Origin: a plasmid
Length of the DNA: 64,000 bases
Direction: 5' to 3' (one strand)
Sequence record: NZ_CP145916.1
The position numbers were made by a program, and so were the translations under genes. The notes under the pieces were generated by a model. The model was not told where the DNA came from and made no database searches. It saw only the letters and a list, made by a program, of their open reading frames with translations. Shown here in pieces: positions 32,244 through 42,355 of this stretch; position 1 is the first letter of the stretch, and every line of letters starts with the position of its first letter.

Positions 32244-32543
32244 TTACGAGATCTCACCGCTCTCCAAAAGCAAAATGTCACCCACTACACAGTCAGAGGC
32301 ATCCAGCCACTTGCCTATCAGCAAAGAGCAGGCCATCTGGTTAGGCGCATACTCTTTTCTCTTTCCGTCTTCGTCACAAAGGAAGTGAACATACTCTTTA
32401 CCATCAAGGATGAGCGCTGGGCTGAGCCCGACGTGCTGGAGATAACCCCCAACCAAGTCATTCATTGTTTCCAAAGAGAGCTCGCCATTCCCCTCGCCCC
32501 TGATAATCTTCGTTGTACCATCAGCTTTCACTAACAAAGCCAT
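32244..32543 (-). CDS. hypothetical protein
   Basis: Minus-strand ORF with GGGGG RBS; preferred over overlapping plus ORF 32106-32534 on composition. Confidence 0.4.
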   Translation of the reverse strand: MALLVKADGTTKIIRGEGNGELSLETMNDLVGGYLQHVGLSPALILDGKEYVHFLCDEDGKRKEYAPNQMACSLLIGKWLDASDCVVGDILLLESGEIS

Positions 32544-32704
32544 AACATACCCCCACAACCACGTTTAAAGTTGCGCCCATTTTATCAGCCACCCCGAGCA
32601 TCTCGAATGGCTGAAAAATAATTTTTTCACAAAAAAGAGACAACGTTGCCCCTCTCTTAAAGTTACAGTGTCACGTTTAATCGCATTCACAAAACCGCTG
32701 TTTT

Positions 32705-33184
32705 ATGCTAAAAATACAGGGTCAACCATGCACCATGCTGGAGAGTAAATTGTTTCGAAAGCTTATTTCTGCCATGCTAGTTTTAGCATATAAATACCCA
32801 ATAGCGACAAAGCTTATTGCTATATTATTTACCACCCTATTTATCATCAGTAGCGTTAAATTCATTGAGTCTGGTTTCAATAGTTTAATGGATGGCGTGT
32901 TGACAATATTGTTGGCTATAGCAATGATTAAGAGTCTTTTGTTTGCGCTGGATAAAACCACAATCGCGAATCATCACTTAACACATTACTTTATTGAAAA
33001 TCAGGATGCCATTGCATCAGATGAAGAAATCGCGTTCTTTTTGAGAGAGGCGGAAGCAGAAGGTTTTAAAACGGAGCTCATGGATTACATTAATAAGCTT
33101 GGCAGAAAACCTTTAATAAAAGAATGCCTATCTAAATGCCTTGATTTAAAACACGATAAAAACGATGGGAATATCGACGCATGA
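32705..33184 (+). CDS. hypothetical membrane protein
   Basis: two TM segments; weak RBS. Confidence 0.4.
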   Translation: MLKIQGQPCTMLESKLFRKLISAMLVLAYKYPIATKLIAILFTTLFIISSVKFIESGFNSLMDGVLTILLAIAMIKSLLFALDKTTIANHHLTHYFIENQDAIASDEEIAFFLREAEAEGFKTELMDYINKLGRKPLIKECLSKCLDLKHDKNDGNIDA

Positions 33185-33252
33185 AAAAGATAAAACATTC
33201 ATTATTTTATTGGTATGGCGTTAAAATCCTGCTCTCAATAAAACCATTACAG

Positions 33253-33256
33253 CTAA
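33253..33256. repeat. CTAA target-site duplication (left)
   Basis: Identical CTAA at 34454-34457 flanking IS5-type IRs. Confidence 0.75.
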
Positions 33257-34453
33257 GGAAGGTGCGAATAAGTCCGAGATGTGAGATCATCGTGTTGTAA
33301 CCTGAACCCAGAATGAGTAACCGGATGAGCCAGCAACTGACTTTTGCCGACAGTGAGTTTTCCAGTAAACGCCGCCAGACCCGCAAAGAAGTTTTCCTTG
33401 GCAGAATGGATGACTTGCTTCCCTGGGACAAATTACTTGGCGTTATCGAGCCTGTGTATCCCAAGGCCGGTAATGGTCGCAGGCCCTATCCGCTGGAAAC
33501 CATGCTGCGTATTCACTGCATGCAGCAATGGTACAACCTGAGCGATGAGGCCATGGAAGATGCCCTCTATGAAATCGCCTCCATGCGCCAATTTGCTCGC
33601 CTGTCACTGGATAAAGCCATTCCAGACCGCACTACCATCATGAATTTCCGGCATTTGCTGGAGCAGCATGAACTGGCCCGCAAAATCTTCAGTACCGTTA
33701 ATCACTGGCTAGCAGAGTGTGGCGTTCTAATGACCCAGGGCACCTTGGTGGATGCCACCATCATTCAAGCCCCCAGCTCTACCAAAAACAAACACAACAG
33801 CCGTGATGAAGACATGCACCAGACCAAGAAAGGTAACCAGTGGTACTTCGGCATGAAAGCGCACATTGGCGTGGACGCCAAAAGTGGCCTGACCCACAGT
33901 CTGGTGACCACGGCGGCTAACGAGCACGACCTCAATCAGGTTGGCAAGTTACTGCATGGCGATGAGGAATTTATCTCAGCCGATGCTGGTTATCAGGGGG
34001 CCGAAAAGCGCGATGAGCTCAGCGATGTCAGCGCAGACTGGCTTATCGCCAAGCGTCCCGGCAAAGTGAATGCATTGAAGCAACACCCGCGCAAGAACAA
34101 GCTGGCCATCCGTTACGAATACCTGAAAGCGAGTATCCGAGCGAAGGTTGAGCATCCATTTCGGATAGTAAAATGTCAGTTTGGTTTCGTCAAAGCCAGG
34201 TACAAGGGGCTGGCTAAAAATGACAGTCAACTGGCGATGTTATTCACCCTGGCGAACCTGGTTCGAGTTGACCAATTGATACGGGCACAGGCGAGATCTA
34301 CCTGAAATGAGGAAATTGGCCTGAAACAGGGCCAAAATCAGCCACGAAGAGACGATTTTGGGCTGAAAATTGGAAAATTGAGCCACAGGACGTCGATAAA
34401 GGACGGTTTGGGGCGTCATATCGGGAGCTGCGGACCACTTAATCGCAACTTCC
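33257..34453 (+). mobile_element. IS5-family (IS5 group) insertion sequence, ~1197 bp, 16-bp terminal IRs
   Basis: IRL GGAAGGTGCGAATAAG (33257-33272), IRR CTTAATCGCAACTTCC (34438-34453, 14/16 match to rc of IRL); size and ends match remembered IS5 (1195 bp). Confidence 0.8.
33313..34305 (+). CDS. IS5-family DDE transposase (InsH-like)
   Basis: [22 protein letters not shown]...[26 protein letters not shown]... roughly 75% identical to remembered E. coli IS5 InsH (estimated by eye, not computed); ATG 33325 gives 326 aa. Confidence 0.85.
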   Translation: MSNRMSQQLTFADSEFSSKRRQTRKEVFLGRMDDLLPWDKLLGVIEPVYPKAGNGRRPYPLETMLRIHCMQQWYNLSDEAMEDALYEIASMRQFARLSLDKAIPDRTTIMNFRHLLEQHELARKIFSTVNHWLAECGVLMTQGTLVDATIIQAPSSTKNKHNSRDEDMHQTKKGNQWYFGMKAHIGVDAKSGLTHSLVTTAANEHDLNQVGKLLHGDEEFISADAGYQGAEKRDELSDVSADWLIAKRPGKVNALKQHPRKNKLAIRYEYLKASIRAKVEHPFRIVKCQFGFVKARYKGLAKNDSQLAMLFTLANLVRVDQLIRAQARST

Positions 34454-34457
34454 CTAA
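34454..34457. repeat. CTAA target-site duplication (right)
   Basis: see left TSD. Confidence 0.75.
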
Positions 34458-34477
34458 AACGTCAGGGATGATAGTCG

Positions 34478-34738
34478 ATGAAAAACAAGAGTTTTGGAAT
34501 CGTCCTGAAAAAATGTCTTGCAGATGCAGCTGGGTACGCTGTAGAAATCATTTTTATTATGTCAATTTTCTTCCTTCTCGCTTATAGCGCCTCGCTTTTT
34601 GGCGAACCCTCTATTTGGGCCGTCATTGGCGTTACCGCTGTCATCTACATTTTTGGTTCAAAATCCCTCAAGGTGAACGTCGCTTCTGCTAAAGCGCATA
34701 ATGCTGTCCTCCGCTATCTTGATGATCGGTTCCCTTAA
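34478..34738 (+). CDS. hypothetical small membrane protein
   Basis: 86 aa, 2 TM; 21 nt downstream of IS5 right end. Confidence 0.4.
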   Translation: MKNKSFGIVLKKCLADAAGYAVEIIFIMSIFFLLAYSASLFGEPSIWAVIGVTAVIYIFGSKSLKVNVASAKAHNAVLRYLDDRFP

Positions 34739-34755
34739 TCATTCTCACAAGTGGA

Positions 34756-34965
34756 TTGAGTATGTATAGAAAATCAGCAAAACAGAAGCAGCTTGAGTAC
34801 CTCGGTAAGTACCTGTCAAACGGCTACCAGTTCGCGCTTGTTGATGAGCTCGGCGAAGTTAAATCAGCGTACCTCTACCAGTACGAGACAAAGCACACCA
34901 GAGTGTTGAAGGGCCAGAAGATCGTTAAACTGAAAGAGTTGTTTGATTCCGTTCTGTCTCAGTGA
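34756..34965 (+). CDS. hypothetical protein
   Basis: 69-aa ORF. Confidence 0.35.
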   Translation: MSMYRKSAKQKQLEYLGKYLSNGYQFALVDELGEVKSAYLYQYETKHTRVLKGQKIVKLKELFDSVLSQ

Positions 34966-35118
34966 AAAACTATTTTTTCCTTTTCCCCTGTTTTTGTACC
35001 CTTTTAAGTTTCAGAGAGGGGAAAACTGTCAGATATACTTCGCCTTGTGAGTCCCGTACTGACTGAAAATCGTAATAATCAGCACGGATAGTAACCACAA
35101 CGTCACTCAGGTGGACAT

Positions 35119-35295
35119 ATGCTGCAACTCGATAAAACTGATTTCATCTTGATTGGAATCGCCCTACTGGCCTTCATGGTACATATCGTCTATTCACGCT
35201 ACAAAAAAATGCGTGAAGATGATGAGAACCGACGCATTGAGAAAAACCCGCCTCAAGTCTGGTCGGCTCAATCTGATGAAGAAAGTGAAAAATAA
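35119..35295 (+). CDS. hypothetical small membrane protein (58 aa, not in ORF track)
   Basis: AGGTGG RBS 6 nt before ATG; MLQLDKTDFILIGIALLAFMVHIVY...; followed by terminator. Confidence 0.3.
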   Translation: MLQLDKTDFILIGIALLAFMVHIVYSRYKKMREDDENRRIEKNPPQVWSAQSDEESEK

Positions 35296-35312
35296 GGAAC
35301 AATGATCTACAG

Positions 35313-35346
35313 GTAAAAAAAAGCCCCGAATCTGGGGCTTTTCTTC
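35313..35346. terminator. bidirectional rho-independent terminator
   Basis: aaaaaaaaGCCCCGAatcTGGGGCttttcttc between convergent genes. Confidence 0.6.
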
Positions 35347-35355
35347 ATTATGCCT

Positions 35356-36369
35356 TTATTGCACGAGCGAACTATCCCGCATTCTTTCTTCTTCCCGGAT
35401 AACATTTTTAGCACGTTGTACGTTCCTGTACGACGTAACCAAAATGAACAGCAGGACGATGGCTATGCCCGTCAGTACGGCCATCCAATTTGATATAAGC
35501 TGGTGGCGTGACTTGCTCGACTCAATTTGTGCATTTATCTCATCGGCATACGGGTTAGGTTTGTCGAAGCCCGGCAGTTTATTGGCTTCTGCAAAGATGG
35601 CGTATCCCGTGCGCTCATCAATGACGGTGTGATCAGTAATACCACCAGCAGCCTCAATCACATAAGCAGCAAGAGCGGCGGAAACTGGCAGGCCCATAGA
35701 TGTTTTCCCTGTTAGCTGACCTTCAATAGCCATCGCTTGTGACAGCCCAACGCTTATCCGCTGAGCATCGGCCTTTGAGAAAACATCAATCAGATTGCTG
35801 GCATCGTCCTGATTAGCCACGTTGCTCTCTAATACACTGTTGATAATAAATTCACCACGAGTTGAAATAGATAACGCTTCAAGATATCCCTTAGAGTTGC
35901 CTTTTTTTATGTATTCTTCAAAATCAATCTTGTCATTTTTATTTGTTTCCCAATGACTGGAATCATCCCCTATCATGGTACTCAATATAATTGGCGTGGA
36001 TGCGATAATAACTCCGACAAAGATAGACCAAACGCCTATCATTAGGTTCCCTCTCAATACCCCATTGATGAAACCAAACATCACTAATAACGCGGCAAAT
36101 ATTTTGAAAATGAAGCTATTTTCAAACACACTCGTAATTGAAGTAAATGCCCCCGCAAATCTTCCCGGTGCTTCCAAAGTTATAGATTGTGGATCCACGG
36201 ATAATAGTGTGGGCAATTCCGATACGGGAATTACTGATGCAATAAATAAAACCGCAATCAATAGCATCGCAAACAAAAAGCAATACAAAAGTCTATTTGT
36301 TTTCTTTTGTAACTTTTCAACGGTCACGCTTGACTGTTCAAAATCATTTTTCATTATTCCCGCCTTCAT
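35356..36369 (-). CDS. integral membrane protein, KlaC/TelB-like by position and size
   Basis: 337 aa, multiple TM; last gene of 3-gene minus-strand operon after TelA-like gene. Confidence 0.4.
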   Translation of the reverse strand: MKAGIMKNDFEQSSVTVEKLQKKTNRLLYCFLFAMLLIAVLFIASVIPVSELPTLLSVDPQSITLEAPGRFAGAFTSITSVFENSFIFKIFAALLVMFGFINGVLRGNLMIGVWSIFVGVIIASTPIILSTMIGDDSSHWETNKNDKIDFEEYIKKGNSKGYLEALSISTRGEFIINSVLESNVANQDDASNLIDVFSKADAQRISVGLSQAMAIEGQLTGKTSMGLPVSAALAAYVIEAAGGITDHTVIDERTGYAIFAEANKLPGFDKPNPYADEINAQIESSKSRHQLISNWMAVLTGIAIVLLFILVTSYRNVQRAKNVIREEERMRDSSLVQ

Positions 36370-36417
36370 AAATACTCACTGTTCAAAATTAACATGGCGT
36401 CTCGCGTTATATGGCAA

Positions 36418-37548
36418 TCAATGGTTGGATAGTTTATTTTTACCCATTCCATTAATTAGTCTTTGACGACGTTCTTCCTGCCACTCAATAGCTCGTTTTT
36501 CAAGAGCAAGATGCCCGTCTGAATTACTTTTGTGGATAGCATGAGCCTCTGCTATCGCTTCATTCATCAATGTAGATATGCGATCCAGCGTTTTAGCGTC
36601 ATAAACGGAACGGTGAGACTGTTTTGCTATACGGATGGTGTTATCTTTCACGAGTTCGGCCTGACGCAGTGCCAAAGCATTAGTCGCATCATCAATCGCC
36701 TCAATGAGCTTAACCCCCGCGTTCTGCTTCTCCAGTGCATCAACGATCAGGTGCCCACGCTTCGCCGCTGGCAACGTCAGTTCTTCAACGGAGCGGAATT
36801 TATCCACCAGCGCGAGGTTGTTTTGCTGCATCATGCGAAGCATAGTTAAATCATCAAATGATTTTTGCTGCATGGAAATCATGTCTTTACGGCGTTTTTT
36901 CAGCGTATCAAGCTGATACTGAATATCATTGATCTCTATAGAAAGAAGTGTATTGGTTTTATTTTTTTTAAACTCTTCCTGACGCGTTTGCAGTTCACCT
37001 TCAATGCTGTCAATAACCAGCTTTGAAGCCACGATGTTGATCCCCTGAGCCCGGATATCGGCCAGAACATCGTTATACATGGCATCAAGTTTCACGTTCT
37101 GCTCAAGGTATCCTGTGGATATCGATGAGATGCCATCCGCCAGAATATCCATTTGCCCTTTTACTGAATCAAAACGGTTCAGCGCTCTTCGTTGCATAAA
37201 GGTAAGGCGTGAAATCACAAACCCTATGATGGGAATACGGCTGATGACCCGCTGTAGATCTGATGGCTGAACAGAGTCGCTTATCTGTCGTGAGAGAAAC
37301 GCAATTTCATTGAGCTGCTTCCCGCTTTCTTTCTGGTCAATAACTTTGACATCTTCCAGCATGGTGTCGAGATAGCTGGCATCTGTCGCGGAACGGCCAA
37401 AGTCATGAACAGACATGACATCACCCAGACGGATACTTGATGCTGCCTGTAATATCTCATCCCGGTTAGCCGCAGTAATGGCAAAGGCTTGTTGCTGGTC
37501 GAGGTTTGCATTGTTGATATCAAGAACCAGAGCTGTAGAAGTTGTCAT
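36418..37548 (-). CDS. TelA/KlaB-family (toxic anion resistance) protein
   Basis: 376 aa, coiled-coil-rich, size and context (258/376/337-aa triplet) match kilA operon klaA-klaB(telA)-klaC of IncP; assignment from memory of family features. Confidence 0.5.
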   Translation of the reverse strand: MTTSTALVLDINNANLDQQQAFAITAANRDEILQAASSIRLGDVMSVHDFGRSATDASYLDTMLEDVKVIDQKESGKQLNEIAFLSRQISDSVQPSDLQRVISRIPIIGFVISRLTFMQRRALNRFDSVKGQMDILADGISSISTGYLEQNVKLDAMYNDVLADIRAQGINIVASKLVIDSIEGELQTRQEEFKKNKTNTLLSIEINDIQYQLDTLKKRRKDMISMQQKSFDDLTMLRMMQQNNLALVDKFRSVEELTLPAAKRGHLIVDALEKQNAGVKLIEAIDDATNALALRQAELVKDNTIRIAKQSHRSVYDAKTLDRISTLMNEAIAEAHAIHKSNSDGHLALEKRAIEWQEERRQRLINGMGKNKLSNH

Positions 37549-38342
37549 TAGTGCTTTCCTTTCGTTACGTTCATTCGTTTTACCAGCGCTTCAAAACGCT
37601 TTTGCGCTTCGGTGTCGTTCTCGATGTCATAAACACCGGCATTAAACATTCGTACCTGCGTGCGCCACATAGGCAGCACATCGTTTAGGCATTCCTTCAC
37701 CCTGTCCACATGCCCCACTGATGCGTCAAGAACTAACCCGACTGACGAGAGGTGCATTTCTAACGTGGCCTGAGTGACTTTCATATTCACAATTTTTCGC
37801 CGTAAGCGATCTAGACCAAAAGAGATCTGACTCGTTAATGACTTATCGCCATCAAAGCCCGTAATGAAGATTTCAGCGGTTTCTATGTACTGCTCAAGCA
37901 GAGAGATATCTCGCTGATAAAGTGAGAAAAGAGCCTCTAACAGTGGGATCACACTTTCCGCCTGTTTCAATATGACAGGGGCTGATTCGGCTATCGCCTC
38001 AACCTTCCGGCAGTAGAGTTTAAACTCTATTTTCTGTGTCTCTCCTGCGCCTGTCAGGCCATTCCATACCTTCGCCAGAAACCCAGCGTTTTGATAGCGA
38101 TACAACTTATGAGGGCTGGCTTTGCCGATGTACTCCACCAGCTGAGCAATCATGCCCTTAATGTTTTTATCCTCACTGCAACGCTGCATCAGGTCATCAA
38201 CGTGATATTCATTATCACCAATCACCACAACATCGTTCGACTGCGTTTTTAGGGTTGGCCCGAAAGGGACGTTACCCAAGGTGTCATTGATGAAGGCGGG
38301 TAGCTGCTTTTTCATCAGGTTTTCTTTTAAGACTTCGTTCAT
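37548..38342 (-). CDS. hypothetical protein, KlaA-like by position
   Basis: 264 aa; stop/start overlap with TelA-like gene. Confidence 0.35.
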   Translation of the reverse strand: MNEVLKENLMKKQLPAFINDTLGNVPFGPTLKTQSNDVVVIGDNEYHVDDLMQRCSEDKNIKGMIAQLVEYIGKASPHKLYRYQNAGFLAKVWNGLTGAGETQKIEFKLYCRKVEAIAESAPVILKQAESVIPLLEALFSLYQRDISLLEQYIETAEIFITGFDGDKSLTSQISFGLDRLRRKIVNMKVTQATLEMHLSSVGLVLDASVGHVDRVKECLNDVLPMWRTQVRMFNAGVYDIENDTEAQKRFEALVKRMNVTKGKH

Positions 38343-38526
38343 AGCGTGTCTCTTTTTCTTGCTGTTGTAACCACGCTAACACGGGATATAAGGAGGCCGA
38401 ATAGCAAACTCGCAATTTATTTCGAAAAAAAATGAAGATTTTTGACCACAAAACGAGGGGGAAAAAAACAGGGTTTTTGGGCTCGGCTATGTATCCTGTG
38501 AATCATCTAATTCAGGGGATGATTTT

Positions 38527-38961
38527 ATGCTCAGATTTTTACCCATTATGTTTGCCTCTGGTCGTGTGTCCTTTAATCGGATTCTTGTTACGCTGGTTGA
38601 CTTCCTTGTCATCTATACGTTTCTCCTTGCCTATGATGGCGTCTTGCACTGGTCAATTGGGGTTTTGTTCATGTACCTCACTGTGGTGTTCTATACGTGC
38701 ATAGGCTATTTCCGTTACTTCGCGATCATAAAAAAACACCCACTCATTAAGGCCAACTTCCAGCTGGATGATGGAATTATTAAGGTCACGCTCACCGTCA
38801 AGTTAAACACGGATAGCAGTGAATCTTTCTTCATCGAGGCTCTCGTAAAGCAAGTAACCGGTAAATCGTACCCTTCTTATGCTCTGTTTATCGGCATGAG
38901 CCTTTGCAACTCTCTGATACTGTATGCACGTCTTTTAAAATCTAAAGGAGTAACACAATGA
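38527..38961 (+). CDS. hypothetical integral membrane protein
   Basis: 3 TM; ATGA overlap with signal peptidase gene. Confidence 0.4.
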   Translation: MLRFLPIMFASGRVSFNRILVTLVDFLVIYTFLLAYDGVLHWSIGVLFMYLTVVFYTCIGYFRYFAIIKKHPLIKANFQLDDGIIKVTLTVKLNTDSSESFFIEALVKQVTGKSYPSYALFIGMSLCNSLILYARLLKSKGVTQ

Positions 38962-39683
38962 CCGCCGTTCTCGTTGTATTGGTTCTGCTCATCATTTTGC
39001 TGGTCAAAAATGTTTGGCAGAAAAAGAAGCCCGCCAGATGGGTATATGTCGGGATCGCGGTATGTGTCATCTATACCCTGTCCATGCGTTTTATTGGTGG
39101 GATTTACACAGTCCCTTCCGCCTCTATGGAGCCCACTCTCAATGTAGGCGACTACACAGTAAATGTCCGGGTTGGTGGCCTGCTTGATAGCGGCGATATC
39201 ATGCGTGGAGATGTTATCGCCTTCAAAGCCCCTTCGGTTCCCCGGACGCTCTACATCAAGCGCGTACTGGGTATGCCGGGCGATGTCGTTCAGTACCTAC
39301 CAAGCAAAACATTTACGGTAAACGGTAAGCCTGTGGGCTCCCTCGTTTCTGAAACAGACACCTTAATGGTATTCAGGGACACCGAAGAGCGTTCTGGGCT
39401 GGACTATGAGTTTGTCATTGATAAAAGTACCCCGTACCTGAAATCACGCGATGAATGGGTCATTCCTGCTGATTACTATTTCATGATCGGAGATAACCGC
39501 GATCACTCATGGGATGGCCGCTACTGGGAGAATCCTCCCGGAACACCCAAGCACCTGCGCGGGTTAGTGAAGAAAGACCAGATTGATTCCCGCTACGTTA
39601 AAACCTTATTTAATTTCAAGCTGTTCGATAGCTATGATCCCCTAGAAGCCGAATTAAGGATTATCAGAAACAATGGTCATTGA
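38958..39683 (+). CDS. S26-family signal peptidase I homologue (LepB/TraF-like)
   Basis: N-terminal TM, catalytic Ser box PSASMEPTL, Lys box (YIKRVLGMPGD), box E GDNRDHSWDGRYW. Confidence 0.75.
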   Translation: MTAVLVVLVLLIILLVKNVWQKKKPARWVYVGIAVCVIYTLSMRFIGGIYTVPSASMEPTLNVGDYTVNVRVGGLLDSGDIMRGDVIAFKAPSVPRTLYIKRVLGMPGDVVQYLPSKTFTVNGKPVGSLVSETDTLMVFRDTEERSGLDYEFVIDKSTPYLKSRDEWVIPADYYFMIGDNRDHSWDGRYWENPPGTPKHLRGLVKKDQIDSRYVKTLFNFKLFDSYDPLEAELRIIRNNGH

Positions 39684-40317
39684 GTTATTTTTCAAAACAC
39701 GAGACAAAAAAGCGCTACATACCTTCGCGCTGGTTGTTAAAACGCATGAAAAGTGGCGCAAAGAGTTACTCAATATCTGCAAGCAGTATGGGTTCACAGA
39801 GTTTTTGGGCCCTGACTTCTGTACACCAGATTTGTTTCTGCAAGACAGATACTCAACAAAGGTTCGTGGGCGGGGGTTTAACCCGGTGAATGATAAATCC
39901 GTTTACCTGTCACCTGACTATGAGCCTTTCACGCTTAGAAGAGATTACCCGGTCAGTGCGGCGATATTCCGCCAGATAGATGATATGTCAAGGGGGGCGC
40001 TGGCTTCCCTCAATCTGACTCAGGAGGCATATGGCCGACCTGATCACGTTGGCTATCAGCACGCAGCTTGCCTTCTGCTGGGTATAAGCCATCCCTATAT
40101 AAAAGGTGATGTCACAGCGTTTTCTCAGGTTTGGCGTTTGGTTGATGAGCAGGGATTGCCTCTGCTGGTGGCCTCAGTACCTGTGCCAATGAGAGATGCT
40201 GATATGCAGTATCAAATCCCAGACATCCCTGATGTATGGCAGGACGTTTCCGCGCATGAAGTCGTCTCCGCCTTCAATTATCACAATGCAAAAGTCAATG
40301 AAATGAGTGTCAAATGA
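39673..40317 (+). CDS. hypothetical protein
   Basis: overlapping start with peptidase stop. Confidence 0.4.
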   Translation: MVIELFFKTRDKKALHTFALVVKTHEKWRKELLNICKQYGFTEFLGPDFCTPDLFLQDRYSTKVRGRGFNPVNDKSVYLSPDYEPFTLRRDYPVSAAIFRQIDDMSRGALASLNLTQEAYGRPDHVGYQHAACLLLGISHPYIKGDVTAFSQVWRLVDEQGLPLLVASVPVPMRDADMQYQIPDIPDVWQDVSAHEVVSAFNYHNAKVNEMSVK

Positions 40318-40357
40318 CACTTGTTTTAATGTCGATTGAATATCAAACGGAGGCCAG

Positions 40358-40705
40358 ATGATGCCCATTAAGATGTCATTTATTACATGTGCTTTTCTCC
40401 TTATTGGAGGGTGTGCGGCACAACCAGAACAGAGTGATACCACTGATAACGTGGCTTTGAATGATAAAACAAGACAGGTGAATGCGGTTGAAACCCCGAC
40501 AAAATCGCCTACCGCAATGCAAATACTAAAGAGCTCTGGCCTGATGCCGGATGACAACTATGTGTCTGCCGATTTCATTCCTAACAGTGACAATACGATG
40601 ATCGTCGCGGATATCCGTGATGTGCCCTGCAAGATGATTTTTCGCTACATAACCACAACGAACGGTGACTACTGGATGCCGAATCAGATTGGATGTTCAC
40701 CATAA
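40358..40705 (+). CDS. putative lipoprotein
   Basis: Lipobox LLIGGC. Confidence 0.5.
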   Translation: MMPIKMSFITCAFLLIGGCAAQPEQSDTTDNVALNDKTRQVNAVETPTKSPTAMQILKSSGLMPDDNYVSADFIPNSDNTMIVADIRDVPCKMIFRYITTTNGDYWMPNQIGCSP

Positions 40706-40822
40706 GAAATTTTCGGCTACGTTTTGCGGCCAAAAAACTTGGCTTTTTCGGCATAAAACAGGACATGATATAATCAACTCTCAGATAAAACGTTTGGCGG
40801 TAACGCCATTAGGGAGAGTGGA

Positions 40823-41200
40823 ATGTTTCTTTATTACTTGGTTTACCTTGCGGGGATGGTGTTGCTGTATGCCTCAGTCCCCTTGCTGCCGATGCTGGAT
40901 GGCGTGGTTTGGCCGATAACCAACATCATTAAATTTTATGCCGGGCTGAATGTGATTTTCCTTTTCACAGTGGTCTGGTGGAACGCAAGAAAACACTTTT
41001 ACTTCGTGTGGGCCGGATACCTCATCTTGATGGTGGGTTACTTCGGTTTCATCTATCCGAACGCATCTGATCTACTACAGGCGATTGTGTTCGTGGTTGC
41101 GGGTGTGAATGTGGGCGTCACTTTCTATGACGTTGTGATCTGCCGCTGTAAAGGTATCTATAAGCGAACTGGACGGAGGTACGCCGTGCCGGTTAAATAA
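40823..41200 (+). CDS. hypothetical integral membrane protein
   Basis: 4 TM. Confidence 0.45.
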   Translation: MFLYYLVYLAGMVLLYASVPLLPMLDGVVWPITNIIKFYAGLNVIFLFTVVWWNARKHFYFVWAGYLILMVGYFGFIYPNASDLLQAIVFVVAGVNVGVTFYDVVICRCKGIYKRTGRRYAVPVK

Positions 41201-41215
41201 TTATGAAAGGTGAAT

Positions 41216-42289
41216 ATGAGCAGGAAAAATCAGGTTGCAGCAAAGCCAGTTTCAGCCGAAAAGGCGATGAAGCAACGTTTCTTCGGGATGTCAGGGTTGA
41301 TCATCGTTCTCAATATTGTCTTTGCTGACAATATACGAGTCCAGTTATTAACGCTTGGCCTGATGATTATAATCCAGCTCCTTTTCACTCCTGCCGGACG
41401 CGTTTTGGTTGGTACATGGGCCAAGAAAGAAAAATGGCGCACGTTGAATGTCCCTCAAAAAACCACTTTCTTTAAATTCTACGTAGCTATTCCAGTTATC
41501 GCTCTCGCCCTTCTGATCCACACTGCAACCTTCGCCCGTGACCTTGCAGATGTGGTCATGGGTTTCGTCTTTCCTCCGAGTGAAGACATATCCGACAGCG
41601 CCATGCTGACAAAACTAAACAGCAAAATGGACGCCGCCCTACCCAATGTCATAGCTTCCCTAGCCTTGTACTTCGCTTACCTCTTTGGTGTCGGCTCTGT
41701 TGTGAAAAACATGCAAATAGGCATGTCGGGCAAGATGATTAAGCGAATCAAAAACAGTGCAGATGCCAAACGAGTTTTAGAGCAAATGACGTGGGATCAG
41801 TTTGAAAAAATTCTCCGAAAATTTTTTGAGACTAAAGGTTACGTTGCGACTTTAACTAACACTGGTGCAGATGGTGGCGTTGATATTGCTCTGAGCAAAA
41901 ATGGTCGCCGCGAAATGGTGCAGGCGAAGCACTGGAAAGTGAACCGTGTGGGTGTTGCCGTGGTTCGTGAAATTTACGGTGTGGTGCAGGCCGAAGGTAT
42001 GCACAAAGGTTTTATCGTTACATCTGGATTGTTCTCTGAGGATGCTCGCGAGTTCGCTGACAAAGTGGGAGGCAAAATTGTCCTGATAGACGGAAACCTA
42101 CTGATAGAAATTATTAAGGGTGACTCCAATTTTGAGAAACAGACCAGTGACGGCATTAGCAGTGCAGTCCCTCTCGATAGTAACAGTTGTTCGATTTGTG
42201 GTGGAACCATGTTGCTGAGAACTGGAAATAAAAAAACCTTCTGGGGCTGTTCTAACTTCCCTGAGTGCAGGAATACCCGTGAAGTTTGA
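41216..42289 (+). CDS. membrane-anchored Mrr-cat (restriction-endonuclease-like) domain protein with C-terminal topoisomerase-type C4 zinc ribbon
   Basis: N-terminal 4 TM; ...GADGGVDIALSKNGRREMVQAKHWKVNRVGVAVVREI...FIVTSGLFSEDAREFA (Mrr_cat D-QxK core); C-term CSICGGTML...FWGCSNFPEC. Confidence 0.6.
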   Translation: MSRKNQVAAKPVSAEKAMKQRFFGMSGLIIVLNIVFADNIRVQLLTLGLMIIIQLLFTPAGRVLVGTWAKKEKWRTLNVPQKTTFFKFYVAIPVIALALLIHTATFARDLADVVMGFVFPPSEDISDSAMLTKLNSKMDAALPNVIASLALYFAYLFGVGSVVKNMQIGMSGKMIKRIKNSADAKRVLEQMTWDQFEKILRKFFETKGYVATLTNTGADGGVDIALSKNGRREMVQAKHWKVNRVGVAVVREIYGVVQAEGMHKGFIVTSGLFSEDAREFADKVGGKIVLIDGNLLIEIIKGDSNFEKQTSDGISSAVPLDSNSCSICGGTMLLRTGNKKTFWGCSNFPECRNTREV

Positions 42290-42355
42290 TGTTAATCGCC
42301 GCGCCAGCTATGGCGCTTTTGTCTTTTGGTTACTCTCTCTGAAAAGGATCGCCTC

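Noticed and set aside
32106-32534. Plus-strand 142-aa ORF overlapping the minus gene 32244-32543
   Set aside because: It has no RBS and a Leu/Ser/Arg-rich composition. The minus-strand frame has a GGGGG RBS and a more globular-looking sequence. The call remains low-confidence either way.
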